From a virus, in the IMG/VR virus record IMGVR_UViG_3300010160_000035, positions 1-64,000 of that record: DNA of 64,000 nucleotides. The stretch is one strand, 5' to 3'. Positions 46,997 to 58,516 of this stretch are shown here, piece after piece. The stretch's first letter is position 1; each line of letters starts with the position of its first letter. The notes under the pieces are model-generated. The model searched no databases. It was given only the letters and a program-made list of their open reading frames with translations, and had not been told where the DNA came from. Both the position numbers and the translations under genes were made by a program.

Positions 46997-47742
46997 CAGC
47001 TAATGAAATGTGGGATAATGTCCTTGTAACTTATGATGCACTTTATTCACAAAGTGCTCCTGGGTTTGTTGACCCTGAAGCAAGCATTATTTTAACAAAA
47101 GCTCAGTGGTATTATATACTTCAGAGAATCAACCCTAAGAGTAATAGAAACATGGAGGGTTTTGAAGAAACTGAAGTTAGAATCCAAGAGTTATCTTCTT
47201 TAATAAAAGATAGTGGAGATGCAAATCCTCCAATATTACAATTAACTAATCCTACTGGAACATTGCCTGGAGAAACTCTCTGGGCAATCCCAGTTGATTG
47301 CATGCTACCTATTTATGAAGGTTGTACTACAAATACAAAACAATGTAATACTACATCTACATATAATAGGATTATGACAATACCAATATCTCATGATGAG
47401 TATAACTTAAATTACTCTAATCCTTATAAAAAACCTTGGACTGATGGTGTTGAAGGTATTATATGGAGATTAGAACATGGTACTCAACCTGTAAATACTG
47501 TAGAAAGGAAAATACATGGTATTATTACTGATGGTAGTTTTAGTATTACTAATTATTATATGAGATATATTAAATATCCTGAAGATATTCAAATTAATTT
47601 ATCTAACCCTAATTCACAAGTAAGTTGTAAACTAGACCCCATATCACATCAAAGTATCTGTGACATCGCTGTAAAATTACTCTCTGCAGCAGTGAGAGAA
47701 CAGATACCAGCTAACCAACTAAGTGCAGAGAATTTAGAATAA
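46993..47742 (+). CDS. Head-tail adaptor / ring protein
   Basis: EAS.ILTKAQ...FEETE.R..ELS.L...YMRYIKYP...H..ICDIAV. Confidence 0.65.
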   Translation: MTANEMWDNVLVTYDALYSQSAPGFVDPEASIILTKAQWYYILQRINPKSNRNMEGFEETEVRIQELSSLIKDSGDANPPILQLTNPTGTLPGETLWAIPVDCMLPIYEGCTTNTKQCNTTSTYNRIMTIPISHDEYNLNYSNPYKKPWTDGVEGIIWRLEHGTQPVNTVERKIHGIITDGSFSITNYYMRYIKYPEDIQINLSNPNSQVSCKLDPISHQSICDIAVKLLSAAVREQIPANQLSAENLE

Positions 47743-47794
47743 ATATTTCATATATTTGTAAAACAAAACAACAACAAATTAACATTTTAAAAAA

Positions 47795-49087
47795 ATGGCT
47801 TTAGATTCAAAAAATAACATTAAGAGTGTATTTCTTGTTCCCGCAAATGCAACTGTAGTTACAGCTGGGACAAAAGTAACTCCAGGCTCATTAGCATTAA
47901 ATTCAGTAGTACTTACTAATATGTCTAATGAAGTACTTAATACATCTGCTGCAGGTAATTTTAACCCAGTTCTTTTTGATAAAATTAAAATTATCAAAGA
48001 TCGTGGTGCTGATTTACCTTTACAACAAGTAGTACTTACACGTGATCAAATTATAGCTGCTTCTTCTATTGCAGGTAGACTAGCTGTAGAACAAGTATCT
48101 TATGTTGGATACAATGGTAGTACTGGTTCTATGGATTCAACATCTAATAATTTCTTTATTATTAAATTAGAACACACACCAAATGCTTTCTTATATGGTA
48201 AACGTCCTGCAAGTTACAAGTATGGTACTTACCAATCAAGTGGGTCAGCTTCTCAAGCAGAGATTGCTAATGGACTTACAGCTTCTTTAGTACAAAATTT
48301 TCGTGCTAATAGAACTATTGATTGGAGAGTATTTTCAGAAGTAACTAATGGAGGTGCTAGAACAGCTGCAACTGCAACTGCTGCAGTAACTTTAACATTT
48401 ACTAAATACTCTAAATTTGTAACTGCATCTGCTGCAACTGCATCTACTAATATTGTAGCTGGAGATTATGTAGCAATTGATGCTGCTACTACTTCAGGTG
48501 TTTATAAAGTAGCTTCTAAAGATGCTTCAGGTAATTTAATTCTTGATATTGCATTCCAAGGAGAAACTACAACTATTGTAGCTGCTACTAATAATATTCG
48601 TATAGTTGCTGCTACTGCTAACGCTGCTTCTTTTGGTATCAAAATTACAGGTATCAAACAAAAGTATGATGTTAACAGATGGAGACAATATGACAAAGTT
48701 AGATTTAACACATTCCTTGAAGGATTTGTTACTGCTGTAGCTACTACAACTGCTGCCTTTGATGGTGTTGCTGTTTATGAGCAAGTAGCTAATGATGAGT
48801 ATATCTCTTGGGGTGATGAAGGTCAAGTATTTGTTGATCAAGTTCCACCATTGTTCCGTGAACAAGATGCTGTAGTTGGACAACAATATCAGCCTGCTGT
48901 AATTGGATGGTTAGATAGACTTCCATCTTTAATTGGTGCAGGTCAAAACAAAGGACAAGCTATTATGTATTTTGCTGGTGGTACTGGTACTTCAACTTAT
49001 ACTCCTGCTGCAGGTAATCAAGCTAGTATTATTACTTCTTTTAACTTGTGGTCAAATGTAGATTTACCTGCTACTTTTGTTTACTAA
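47795..49087 (+). CDS. Abundant virion structural protein (auxiliary capsid-like)
   Basis: 430 aa, Ala/Thr-rich, high-expression codons. Has its own promoter (47751) and terminator. Confidence 0.6.
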   Translation: MALDSKNNIKSVFLVPANATVVTAGTKVTPGSLALNSVVLTNMSNEVLNTSAAGNFNPVLFDKIKIIKDRGADLPLQQVVLTRDQIIAASSIAGRLAVEQVSYVGYNGSTGSMDSTSNNFFIIKLEHTPNAFLYGKRPASYKYGTYQSSGSASQAEIANGLTASLVQNFRANRTIDWRVFSEVTNGGARTAATATAAVTLTFTKYSKFVTASAATASTNIVAGDYVAIDAATTSGVYKVASKDASGNLILDIAFQGETTTIVAATNNIRIVAATANAASFGIKITGIKQKYDVNRWRQYDKVRFNTFLEGFVTAVATTTAAFDGVAVYEQVANDEYISWGDEGQVFVDQVPPLFREQDAVVGQQYQPAVIGWLDRLPSLIGAGQNKGQAIMYFAGGTGTSTYTPAAGNQASIITSFNLWSNVDLPATFVY

Positions 49088-49110
49088 TAACAATTAATCT
49101 CTAGATAAGG

Positions 49111-49155
49111 ATAGTGAAGGACCTAGTTTTTGAATTAGGTTTTTCACTATTTTTG
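49111..49155 (+). terminator. Terminator hairpin overlapping a -7 box
   Basis: ATAGTGAAGGACCTAGTT/AATTAGGTTTTTCACTAT stem followed by TTTTG. Confidence 0.7.
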
Positions 49156-49180
49156 TTTAGAATAAAACCTATAATATATT

Positions 49181-49789
49181 ATGGCATTTATACCAACAAT
49201 ATCTGCTTGTCTTAATGGATGCACAGGTATAACATTTAACGACACTACTGGGTTTTATAATAGTGTTACTAACCCTTATGGGTGGAATAATACTTTATGG
49301 AAAAACCAAATAGATGGTTCTCCATATGTTAATGCAGCTACTATTAGTATATCATTAAATGGTGGTGAGGCAACTACAGTTAGTGTATTAAATAAAATAC
49401 AAGATTCTATATTCCCAGATTTTGAATTATATCAATATACTCCTGTAGATAGTACAGGAAGTAATTTTAATTTAGCTGATGGTTATTATACTATTGTATA
49501 TACTATAACAGACAGTAATGATGCTACATATGTTGTAGATACTATTTTTGTAGTATATTGTAATGTAGCTTGCTGTGTTACTAATAAAGCAGCAGCTGTT
49601 GCAGCTGAATTGTGTCTTGATTGTGATTCACAAGCTTATGAAGATTTCTTACTTGCAGATGGTATTTTGCAAGCATTAAAAGCTACTGCAGAATCTTTAG
49701 GTACTGCAGAATTTACTAAACTATTAAACAAACTACAAAGATTATGTGGTACATCTACAACTGGCGGTTGTGGTTGTGGCTGCAGTTAA
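49181..49789 (+). CDS. Tail/fibre hub protein with Cys-rich C-terminus
   Basis: DTTG.YN..TNP.GW; ends GGCGCGCS. Confidence 0.55.
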   Translation: MAFIPTISACLNGCTGITFNDTTGFYNSVTNPYGWNNTLWKNQIDGSPYVNAATISISLNGGEATTVSVLNKIQDSIFPDFELYQYTPVDSTGSNFNLADGYYTIVYTITDSNDATYVVDTIFVVYCNVACCVTNKAAAVAAELCLDCDSQAYEDFLLADGILQALKATAESLGTAEFTKLLNKLQRLCGTSTTGGCGCGCS

Positions 49790-49803
49790 AAACTTATAAA
49801 AAT

Positions 49804-50625
49804 ATGTGTTCATGTTCAGGCAGTTGTAACTGCAATTCAACAATAATACCAAGAGGTCCACAAGGTGTTCCAGGACCACAAGGTGATACAGGAGCTCCAG
49901 GCAGTAATGGAACTCCAGGAACTCCTGCTACAATAACATTAGGTACTGTAACTACAGGTGATGCAGGTACAGATGTAATTATTACAAATGTAGGCCCTGA
50001 TGCTAACAATGCTGAATTTGATTTTACTATTCCAAGAGGAGATGAAGGAATACAAGGTCCTGAAGGTATACAAGGTGCACCAGGCCCTAGTATTATAGAT
50101 GCTATTTGGCCAAGTAATGGAATTGGATTAGGTGGATTAAATGATAAAAAAGGATCTATATATGTACCATATAATTATATGACTACAGCTGATGATACTT
50201 TAGAAGTACAAGCAATATTTAAAGTTGCAGATGGTGTTGAGATAGATCCATTAACTTTTTATATTAGAATATTAAATACTAATGTTGCTGCAGGTTCAAC
50301 AATATTAACTCAATATGGATCAATACCTTATATAGGTGTAGAAGGTGAAAATTTTGTAGTAGAAGTAGATTGTAAAATACAAAGAACTGGTCCTAATGCA
50401 TTTAGAATTAGAGCAAAATGGGAATTATCACAAGGACCTGTTGGTTCTACATACAAAAATACAATAACTACTTTTATAACAGATATTACTTTAAATAGTC
50501 TTATGTCATTAAGTAACCCTAACACTTGGGCAAATAGTCAATTTATTATTGCTTCTGCTGATGATAATACTCCTCCAGATATAAACTTAGTCCATTTAGA
50601 AGTTAGATCATTAAAACGTGTTTAA
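49804..50625 (+). CDS. Collagen-repeat fibre protein
   Basis: Starts MCSCSGSCNC; Gly-X-Y repeats. Confidence 0.7.
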   Translation: MCSCSGSCNCNSTIIPRGPQGVPGPQGDTGAPGSNGTPGTPATITLGTVTTGDAGTDVIITNVGPDANNAEFDFTIPRGDEGIQGPEGIQGAPGPSIIDAIWPSNGIGLGGLNDKKGSIYVPYNYMTTADDTLEVQAIFKVADGVEIDPLTFYIRILNTNVAAGSTILTQYGSIPYIGVEGENFVVEVDCKIQRTGPNAFRIRAKWELSQGPVGSTYKNTITTFITDITLNSLMSLSNPNTWANSQFIIASADDNTPPDINLVHLEVRSLKRV

Positions 50626-50640
50626 AATAAAATATAAACT

Positions 50641-51072
50641 ATGACTTGCTATAACTCAGAATTACCAATAGGTCCTCCAGGACCAACTGGTCCAATAGGT
50701 CCTCAAGGGCCTGCGGGCACACCTATATATAAAGTTTATACTGCTTTATTAACAGAAACACCGGGAAATCCTCCTACTGTTAATACATTAGAAAACACAA
50801 CTGATTTTGATTTAAGTTTTAGTAGATTTGATGGTGGTAAATACAGATCTAATACATTTGCAGCAGATTTAAATAAAATTACAATAACTTGTAATATTGG
50901 TTATTATAACCTTGCAAATCCTATTTTAATTGATGGTATTACAATATCTTCATTAGTTGTAGATGCAGGTTCTGGTAATATATATTTTGAATTAAGAACA
51001 GTAATTAATGGTCTTGGAGCAAGCGATGAATTATTAACTAATGCAGTATTAGAATTAAGAATATACCCATGA
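50641..51072 (+). CDS. Short collagen-repeat structural protein
   Basis: GPPGPTGPIGPQGPAG followed by YKVYTALL...LELRIYP. Confidence 0.65.
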   Translation: MTCYNSELPIGPPGPTGPIGPQGPAGTPIYKVYTALLTETPGNPPTVNTLENTTDFDLSFSRFDGGKYRSNTFAADLNKITITCNIGYYNLANPILIDGITISSLVVDAGSGNIYFELRTVINGLGASDELLTNAVLELRIYP

Positions 51073-54000
51073 TACTAACACCTTTAAATATACAAGTAGC
51101 AATAATTAAAGCATTCTATGCTTTAGCTAAGAAATCAGTTAAGTACTATACAGGACTTGCTTTAGGTAAGAATAATACTTGTCTATTTAAAGAAATAAGA
51201 TTACTTAGAGCTTATGTAGAAATACTTAGAAACTTTGAGATAGTAGGTAGTACTATTACCTGTAACTGTTGTGTTGAAGGTGACTTTAATGTATTACTAA
51301 ATTCTGATTTACCAGTAACTGATACACCTATACAATTTGGTTGTGATAACCAAGGATATATGGTATATAATGGTATTGGATATGAGTTTACATACTTTTA
51401 TGATGATGCTAATAAAAAAATAGTAATAGATTTTTCAGGAGTATTAAATGATGTAGTTATTACTATTACTGATGTACAATTTACAGATACTTGTGATATA
51501 ACAGGGAATGCTGTTTCACCAATAGAAGTAGCTACTATAGATGAGATTACAGAACCTCCAGTTACAGTAGACAATGATTTTGGTACTTGGGATGGTAATA
51601 TAACTATATATGAATCTGATGGAAGTACAGAACTTGTACCACCTATAAGTTTAACTATTCCTGCAGCTGACATGGATAATGTAGAAGCTATTTTAGAACT
51701 TTGGAATACTACATATCCTGAATGGATTTTACAGTATTTTGAAGGACAGTTTGTTTTATATTCTCCATTTGATAATGTAAATTATACTGATTATATTGTA
51801 AAATTTAAACAATATGAAGGTGGTACTGATGCTACTTTAGATTTTGATTTATCAGAACTACCTCCTTTTATAACTGAGAATACACCATCTTACGCTGATA
51901 TATTATTTGAACAACCTACTTTTGCAGCTAGTCATGTAGCAGAAACTACAATAGCACTATCTTCTGGAAGATTGCCTTATAATGTTACTGCAGATCCTGC
52001 ATCTGTTACTATATTAATACCAATTGATCAATTTGCTGTTGGTGAACCAGCAACAATGAGTATTCCATTATACGAATTATTTAATTCTACAAATCAAGAT
52101 TTTTATTATTTAGGTATGCCTATGTTTAGTCATTCTGGTACTTATACTGGCATGCCTCAATTAATAGATGATTTTAATGTAAATAATGGTCAAGGATTTA
52201 CAGCAAGTTATGGTGGTATACAGCCAATAAGTGAAACATTAGCAACAGCTTCAAATATATCTACACTGTTTAATATTGCTGTACCTACAGATGTGTATAC
52301 AGCTAGATTATTTAATCAAAGTTTAAGTATTAATCTTACTATAGGTACATACACAGTAGGTGGAGATGATGTTCCTGAAGATATAGCAAATTTTATAGCT
52401 GCTGATATTATTGCTCAAGATATATTTGAAGGTACTGTTAGTGTAAGTGGAACAGTTATTACATTAACTGCACCAACAGGTACAGGAGCTTCTTGGAATG
52501 CTGTGTATTCATTTACTATACAAAGAAATGCTACTAGAATTAATACTTATGTTTTTAGTGGTGGTGTAGGGGTTCCAACTACACCAATATATTTATTAAA
52601 TATTACAGCACTTAATATTTATCCACAAACAGATTACGATGGAGGAATAATTGAAATTAGATATCCAACAGAAATGTATGACCCTGATGGAGGTCAATTT
52701 GCAGGTGCAGTAGATAATACTGATGGTATAGTAAAATTTACTAATTCTTATCTTGGTCCTAATATTATTTATAATACTGGACCATCTATTCCACCATCAG
52801 AAATTTTTACTAGCATATATGATATGTTAGATTCTTTTAATTTTAGTAATACTTTATTAGCGCAAGCTACTGTAACAGGAACTAGTGGTCCAAACTATGT
52901 AGTAAATATAGTAGTACCTACACCACCAGCATGGGCTTATAATGGTACTACTTTAAAATACGAGTATATATCAAATAGAACTTATATCAATATTGGCACT
53001 TATTCTGGAGGTTCAGATACTACAGCAGCTACTTATACTTTAGTAATACTTGATGATTCTAATGATCCATTTTTAACAGTAATTGGTACAGGTAATTTTT
53101 CAAATTATCAAGGTATTGTAAATAGTTTAAATAGTCAATCTACTTTTAATTCAGATTTTATAGCATCATTAAGTGTTAATAATATTATTATTACAACATT
53201 ATATGATCCACAAGGAGCTTTTTATAATGATTACAGTTTTCAATTAGCTTTAGATTATACATCTATGCAGTATACAGCAAATGATTTTGTAAGTACAGTT
53301 GGTATAATGTCTGGTGGTTTAGATGCTGTAGCTCCAAATATTACCCTTGTTAATGAATTTATTCCTCTTACTATTTTAGATTTACCTCAAAATAGTTATG
53401 ATGTAGATGGTATTAGTGGATTTGTAGATTATTTTAATGGTCTTAGTCCATACAATTATTCAGCAGAATATCTTGGTACTTCTCAAGATTTACCTGAAAT
53501 ACTATCTCAAAGTTTGCTTAACATGCCTAGCTTAACTGGAGACATACCAAATACTGTATTAAAAGCTTTTTATGCACCTTCTGTTATTTCTGCACCTACT
53601 TTAATAGGTACATTTACACCTACTACAGGTGGAGATTATACACCTAGTGGATTAGCATTAGGATTAGCAAATGCTGTAAATTTAAATGTTTGGGATGGTA
53701 CAGCAACAACTAATCTTTCTACTTTAATATTGTCATCACCTTCAGGTACTTTTGGTTCTTATAATAACTATATATCTGCAGTAACTTTAAAAGTACCTAA
53801 TGCTAAAGCAATAGTTAATGTTACATTTTTAACACCTTCTACAGGAGCAGGCACAGTAGAATTAACTGTATCTTTTGGTTCAGTTAGTCTTGGAATACAG
53901 TCTATTCCAGTAGCACAAACTGCAGTTCAATGGGCAACTGCTTATAAAAATAGAATTAATTCTGGTACAGGAACACATGGTTATACAGCTTTTACTTCAA

Positions 54001-54806
54001 CTAGCAGTCCAACTATATCAATATATGCTCCTGCAAATACAGGTACTATTTTAAATACTGCTACTATTTCAGCAGTAACTACTGGTGGTGTTACAATAAA
54101 AACAACTCCAACACCTACGTTTAATGGTGGTACAGATACTACTACTACTGTAGCATTAAATGTTTTTTCAGGAGGTGGTTATACTATTTATGATAAAGTT
54201 AGATTTACAGCAGACCCTGATATATATACTTGGGAATATACTGATGATCTTATAAACGGTAATTTAACTTATACTAATCTTACAGCTTCTCCTAATTATA
54301 TTAATACAGGTGCATTTTTTGGTGGTATTGATAATACTGCAGGACAATTTAGTTTAGTATTAACTAATACACCGCCTGCTTTTCCAGCTTTATTTTATGT
54401 TTTATATAATGACTCTACGCCTGTTATTTATGATTCATTTCAAGAATGGGTAGATGCTGTAAATAATTCTGCTAGTAACTTAGATTTTAGTACTTCTGTT
54501 TTAACTACAGATTTTACAGTACATTCACCTGAAGACAGTTTTGCTTATTTTAATAATTCTGAATTAGCAATAGACTATACATATGCATCACCACAATGGA
54601 GTGGTTTTAATTATAGTAATACAGAGACAATTATTAATGGGTTAGACCCTGTATTAACATCTTATGAAGGTATATTTGAAGCAGGTGTATTAGGTAATTT
54701 TATAAAGAGTAATAACCCTTGTACACCTACAATAGCAACACAGACTTGTTTAACTAATAACCAAGCAAGTAAAATTATACAACATATAAACAAACTAACA
54801 AAATAA
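51069..54806 (+). CDS. Large tail-associated structural protein
   Basis: 1245 aa, T/S/G-rich beta modules with repeated F(S/A)GG.D ends. Confidence 0.65.
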   Translation: MILTPLNIQVAIIKAFYALAKKSVKYYTGLALGKNNTCLFKEIRLLRAYVEILRNFEIVGSTITCNCCVEGDFNVLLNSDLPVTDTPIQFGCDNQGYMVYNGIGYEFTYFYDDANKKIVIDFSGVLNDVVITITDVQFTDTCDITGNAVSPIEVATIDEITEPPVTVDNDFGTWDGNITIYESDGSTELVPPISLTIPAADMDNVEAILELWNTTYPEWILQYFEGQFVLYSPFDNVNYTDYIVKFKQYEGGTDATLDFDLSELPPFITENTPSYADILFEQPTFAASHVAETTIALSSGRLPYNVTADPASVTILIPIDQFAVGEPATMSIPLYELFNSTNQDFYYLGMPMFSHSGTYTGMPQLIDDFNVNNGQGFTASYGGIQPISETLATASNISTLFNIAVPTDVYTARLFNQSLSINLTIGTYTVGGDDVPEDIANFIAADIIAQDIFEGTVSVSGTVITLTAPTGTGASWNAVYSFTIQRNATRINTYVFSGGVGVPTTPIYLLNITALNIYPQTDYDGGIIEIRYPTEMYDPDGGQFAGAVDNTDGIVKFTNSYLGPNIIYNTGPSIPPSEIFTSIYDMLDSFNFSNTLLAQATVTGTSGPNYVVNIVVPTPPAWAYNGTTLKYEYISNRTYINIGTYSGGSDTTAATYTLVILDDSNDPFLTVIGTGNFSNYQGIVNSLNSQSTFNSDFIASLSVNNIIITTLYDPQGAFYNDYSFQLALDYTSMQYTANDFVSTVGIMSGGLDAVAPNITLVNEFIPLTILDLPQNSYDVDGISGFVDYFNGLSPYNYSAEYLGTSQDLPEILSQSLLNMPSLTGDIPNTVLKAFYAPSVISAPTLIGTFTPTTGGDYTPSGLALGLANAVNLNVWDGTATTNLSTLILSSPSGTFGSYNNYISAVTLKVPNAKAIVNVTFLTPSTGAGTVELTVSFGSVSLGIQSIPVAQTAVQWATAYKNRINSGTGTHGYTAFTSTSSPTISIYAPANTGTILNTATISAVTTGGVTIKTTPTPTFNGGTDTTTTVALNVFSGGGYTIYDKVRFTADPDIYTWEYTDDLINGNLTYTNLTASPNYINTGAFFGGIDNTAGQFSLVLTNTPPAFPALFYVLYNDSTPVIYDSFQEWVDAVNNSASNLDFSTSVLTTDFTVHSPEDSFAYFNNSELAIDYTYASPQWSGFNYSNTETIINGLDPVLTSYEGIFEAGVLGNFIKSNNPCTPTIATQTCLTNNQASKIIQHINKLTK

Positions 54807-54811
54807 AAAAT

Positions 54812-55207
54812 ATGAGTAATTATTATCCAGCTGGAAGGCTGTACCAAAAACTAATGATTGCATTAGATCCTAGTGCAAAATGTGTAGTAATTGCAGCAGC
54901 ACTTACTGGTGGTGGTAGTGCTAAAGCAATATTAAAAACAGACTTTGCTGCTACACCTGCTAAATACCCAAACTATACAACAGAATCATTTGCTGAAATG
55001 TTAGATCAAGTAAATATGTTTCAAATTATAGGAGCAACTGGCCAAGCTGCATATAAATTTAACGACAGTGCAACATCTGGAGCTATAGTAGCTCCTACTG
55101 AAGTTCAAGGTGGAGTATATTTATACGGGCAAGAAAACTTTAATAACTTGTATTTTACTGCAGGTACTATTACACACTTAGCTTTATTTATTAAACCTAC
55201 ACCTTAA
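54812..55207 (+). CDS. Structural protein, hypothetical
   Basis: 131-aa ORF in the tail operon. Confidence 0.55.
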   Translation: MSNYYPAGRLYQKLMIALDPSAKCVVIAAALTGGGSAKAILKTDFAATPAKYPNYTTESFAEMLDQVNMFQIIGATGQAAYKFNDSATSGAIVAPTEVQGGVYLYGQENFNNLYFTAGTITHLALFIKPTP

Positions 55208-58200
55208 TGGCATTTTTTGGTAACAAGAGAAAGGACTTTAGTATTCAACCACCTAGGCAACAGGTAGATGGTACTCCTTTTTTTGTTACTGATAGTGCTA
55301 ATATAGATTTTACATTAGCTAATTTAAATTTAACTGCTAACTTAACTACAACAGGAATAACAGCAGGTACTTATGGTGATGCTACACATATACCTATATT
55401 AACATTAGATAGTTATGGTAGAGTAACAGGAGTAAGTACAACTACATTCTCAGCAGCAGGTATATTATTACAAACTAATACTGTAACTAATGCTACACAA
55501 ACTATATTAAACTTAGTAAATGGTACTGATATATCCATTGTTGATGATACTTTAGGCAATATTACTATTTCATATACAGGTACTGGAGGTAGTGCAGTTT
55601 GGGGTTCTATTACAGGTACATTAACTAGTCAAACAGATTTAATTACTTATCTATCAACTAATTACCAACCTATAGGTAGTTATCAACCTCAACTTAATGG
55701 TACAGGATTTGTTAAAGCTGCTGGTACTACAATATCTTATGATAATAATACTTATTATTTAGCAAGTAATCCTAGTAATTTCATAACAGCATCTGCTTTA
55801 ACTCCATATTTAACTATTACTAGTGCAGCTGCTACATATGAACCTATAATAACAGCAGGAACAATCTCTCAATATTGGAGAGGTGATAAAACTTGGCAAA
55901 CATTTCCCACTATACCAACTGTTGGTACTTGGGGTGCTCTTAATTACCCTGCATGGACTACAGGTACTCCATTTGTTAAAATGACTGCTGCTGGTACATT
56001 TGCTTTAGATACTAATACATATCTAACTACAATATCAGGATTAAATATATCTTTATTAACTAATGATTCTGGGTATATAACTTCATCTGCTTTAACAGGG
56101 TATGTACCAAATACTAGAACATTAACTATCAATGGTACTACATATGATTTATCAGCAGATAGGTCTTGGACTATACCTACATTTACTTCACCTCTTACAA
56201 CTAAAGGTGATATATATGTAAGAAATGGAAGTGCAGATACAAGGCTTGGTGTAGGAAGTGATACATATGTTCTTATAGCAGATAGTACGACATCTACAGG
56301 GCTTAAATGGGGGTCTAACACAACACCTCCTGCAAGTGGATACTATTTTGCAATATCAGATAGTACAACACAAGATAATCCAACTGCCAATATACCAAGA
56401 GCAGTTAAATTCAATACTACCGATTTAGCTAATGGATTCTCTTTACAAACAGAAACTGCTGTTTTTACAGGAACAATCAACAATGGTGGCGCAGGAGCAG
56501 GAACAATATTAAATGTTACAGGTGTTACATCAGGAACATTAAAAGTGGGTATGGTGTTAACAGGTGGCAGTATAACTGCTGGTACATTCATATCTGCATT
56601 TACAAGTGGTACAGGAGGAATAGGTACTTATGTAGTTTCTATTTCACAAAATAGAACATCTGCTACCTATACAGGAACAATGACTTCGCAGATTGTTGTT
56701 GCCCATACTGGCATCTATAATATTCAGTTTTCATCACAAATGGATAAAACTGATGCAGGTGTTGATTATGTTAATTTTTGGCTTAGAAGAAATGGAGCTG
56801 ATGTAACTGCAAGTTCTGGTGTTGTTTCATTACAGGGAAATTCTCCTGCATACATGATGGCTGCTTGGAATTATCTTATAGAATTAATAGAAAATGATGT
56901 AATAGAGTTATATTGGGGTAGTGCTGATGTTGGTATGTCAATATTAGCAGAAACAGCTCAGACAAGCCCATTTGCACATCCTTCTATACAATCTACAATA
57001 CTTACAATTACTCAGCAGAGTGGTATATTGGCAGGGACGGGTATCACCGCCATCAACAGTCTTACGGCATCAGCACAGACATTATCAAGTACTGACCTTA
57101 ACATATCATCTTCTGTAGCAACGCATACATTTTCAATAGCCAACAACGCTGTTACGTATGCTAAAATGCAAGCTATATCAGCAGTATCGAAGCTGCTTGG
57201 TTCTAGCTCTACTACCACACCTGTACAAGAGATAACACCAACGAAGTCAATAAATATATTAACTACTAATCTAGAACTAGTAAACGATCAAACTTCGCCA
57301 GCTTATCCTGGCGTTTATGGTATTGATTCCGCAGGGGCGAAAAATTGGCGTTCAGATGCAAGCGTAAGGGGAAACATTCCCCTATTAAATATGCAAGAAT
57401 CTTATCCCGTAGGAACAAATCAAACGGGTATTTTATACGTCGCAAGTGTTAGCAAACTTTACGTTTGTAATTTATCAGGAAGTACAGTCAATATTTTCGA
57501 TACTACAACAGGCGTTTTGCTTTCTACAATAGCCGTTACAAATGCTTATAAACCATTTTACATTGCATCAATTAATGAAGTTTGGGTAACTTCAACAACA
57601 TTATTAACAATTAATAGAATAAGTGCAACATTGAATAGTTCACTTGGAACTATAATTGGTGCAACTATATTCGGAACAGAGGCGATTGAATATTCATCGA
57701 CAAAAGTTTTTATTTGCTGCGGAAATGCAACGGGAACGATAATGTTAATTAATCCGTCTACATTATTAGTTACATCTACAATTGCATTAAATGTTCCAGC
57801 ATCTCCACAAGGAATGGTATTAAATACAAATGTAGCTTCTTCGCAATACGATAAAATAATTGTTTCAGCATCTGCTGGAGTTGCAATATTAAACCCATCA
57901 ACAAACGCAATAACTACAACCGTTGTTAATCCTTCAAGTTCAATAAGCACAGGAACGAAAATTAGATATATAACATCGACAAATCAATATGTTTTATCAA
58001 GTTTCGGAAATAATTCAATTGTCGTTTTAGATATTGCAAGCGCAACAACATTTACTTTAAATTCAACTATTAGAAATTTGCCTGGTATTTTAGATGTTGG
58101 ATTAGATGAAACAAGCGGTTATATTTTTACTGCATTTACAGGACTTACAAGTGCTTCACAATTATTTATTTCGCTAATTGATTTAACAAGTAAAAAGGTT

Positions 58201-58341
58201 AAAATAACAATTGGAACAAATGTTCTTTGTGGTTCTGCTTCTACCTCAGGATACTTAGCAATGGATACGCCAAATACACGTTTCTTTATTTGTGGGCGTT
58301 CATCCAATACAAATGTTGCAACTACAATTAAATATTTATAA
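55207..58341 (+). CDS. Tail fibre / receptor-binding protein with C-terminal beta-propeller
   Basis: Fibre modules (AGTYG...[34 protein letters not shown]), a C1q/BclA-like domain and YVTN-like blade repeats at the C-terminus. Confidence 0.8.
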   Translation: MAFFGNKRKDFSIQPPRQQVDGTPFFVTDSANIDFTLANLNLTANLTTTGITAGTYGDATHIPILTLDSYGRVTGVSTTTFSAAGILLQTNTVTNATQTILNLVNGTDISIVDDTLGNITISYTGTGGSAVWGSITGTLTSQTDLITYLSTNYQPIGSYQPQLNGTGFVKAAGTTISYDNNTYYLASNPSNFITASALTPYLTITSAAATYEPIITAGTISQYWRGDKTWQTFPTIPTVGTWGALNYPAWTTGTPFVKMTAAGTFALDTNTYLTTISGLNISLLTNDSGYITSSALTGYVPNTRTLTINGTTYDLSADRSWTIPTFTSPLTTKGDIYVRNGSADTRLGVGSDTYVLIADSTTSTGLKWGSNTTPPASGYYFAISDSTTQDNPTANIPRAVKFNTTDLANGFSLQTETAVFTGTINNGGAGAGTILNVTGVTSGTLKVGMVLTGGSITAGTFISAFTSGTGGIGTYVVSISQNRTSATYTGTMTSQIVVAHTGIYNIQFSSQMDKTDAGVDYVNFWLRRNGADVTASSGVVSLQGNSPAYMMAAWNYLIELIENDVIELYWGSADVGMSILAETAQTSPFAHPSIQSTILTITQQSGILAGTGITAINSLTASAQTLSSTDLNISSSVATHTFSIANNAVTYAKMQAISAVSKLLGSSSTTTPVQEITPTKSINILTTNLELVNDQTSPAYPGVYGIDSAGAKNWRSDASVRGNIPLLNMQESYPVGTNQTGILYVASVSKLYVCNLSGSTVNIFDTTTGVLLSTIAVTNAYKPFYIASINEVWVTSTTLLTINRISATLNSSLGTIIGATIFGTEAIEYSSTKVFICCGNATGTIMLINPSTLLVTSTIALNVPASPQGMVLNTNVASSQYDKIIVSASAGVAILNPSTNAITTTVVNPSSSISTGTKIRYITSTNQYVLSSFGNNSIVVLDIASATTFTLNSTIRNLPGILDVGLDETSGYIFTAFTGLTSASQLFISLIDLTSKKVKITIGTNVLCGSASTSGYLAMDTPNTRFFICGRSSNTNVATTIKYL

Positions 58342-58343
58342 TT

Positions 58344-58514
58344 ATGCGAGTTCAAATAAGAAATGGGGAAATTATCGGGTACGGGTTTGAATTATACGGG
58401 GATGAAAGTTTTGAAGGCGCGCCTGAAGATTATACTTTTGAAAAATATTCTTATACGCCAAACGTGGACGGTTCTTTTAATCCCAATGGATTTGTTTTAA
58501 TTGAAAATAATTAG
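58344..58514 (+). CDS. Small tail-fibre partner / assembly protein (56 aa, below track cutoff)
   Basis: MRVQIRNGEIIGYG...NPNGFVLIENN. Shares the CG-rich composition of the fibre tip. Confidence 0.55.
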   Translation: MRVQIRNGEIIGYGFELYGDESFEGAPEDYTFEKYSYTPNVDGSFNPNGFVLIENN

Positions 58515-58516
58515 CT

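Noticed and set aside
55207-58341. Diversity-generating retroelement acting on the tail fibre
   Set aside because: No reverse transcriptase and no template/variable repeat pair was noticed in the window.
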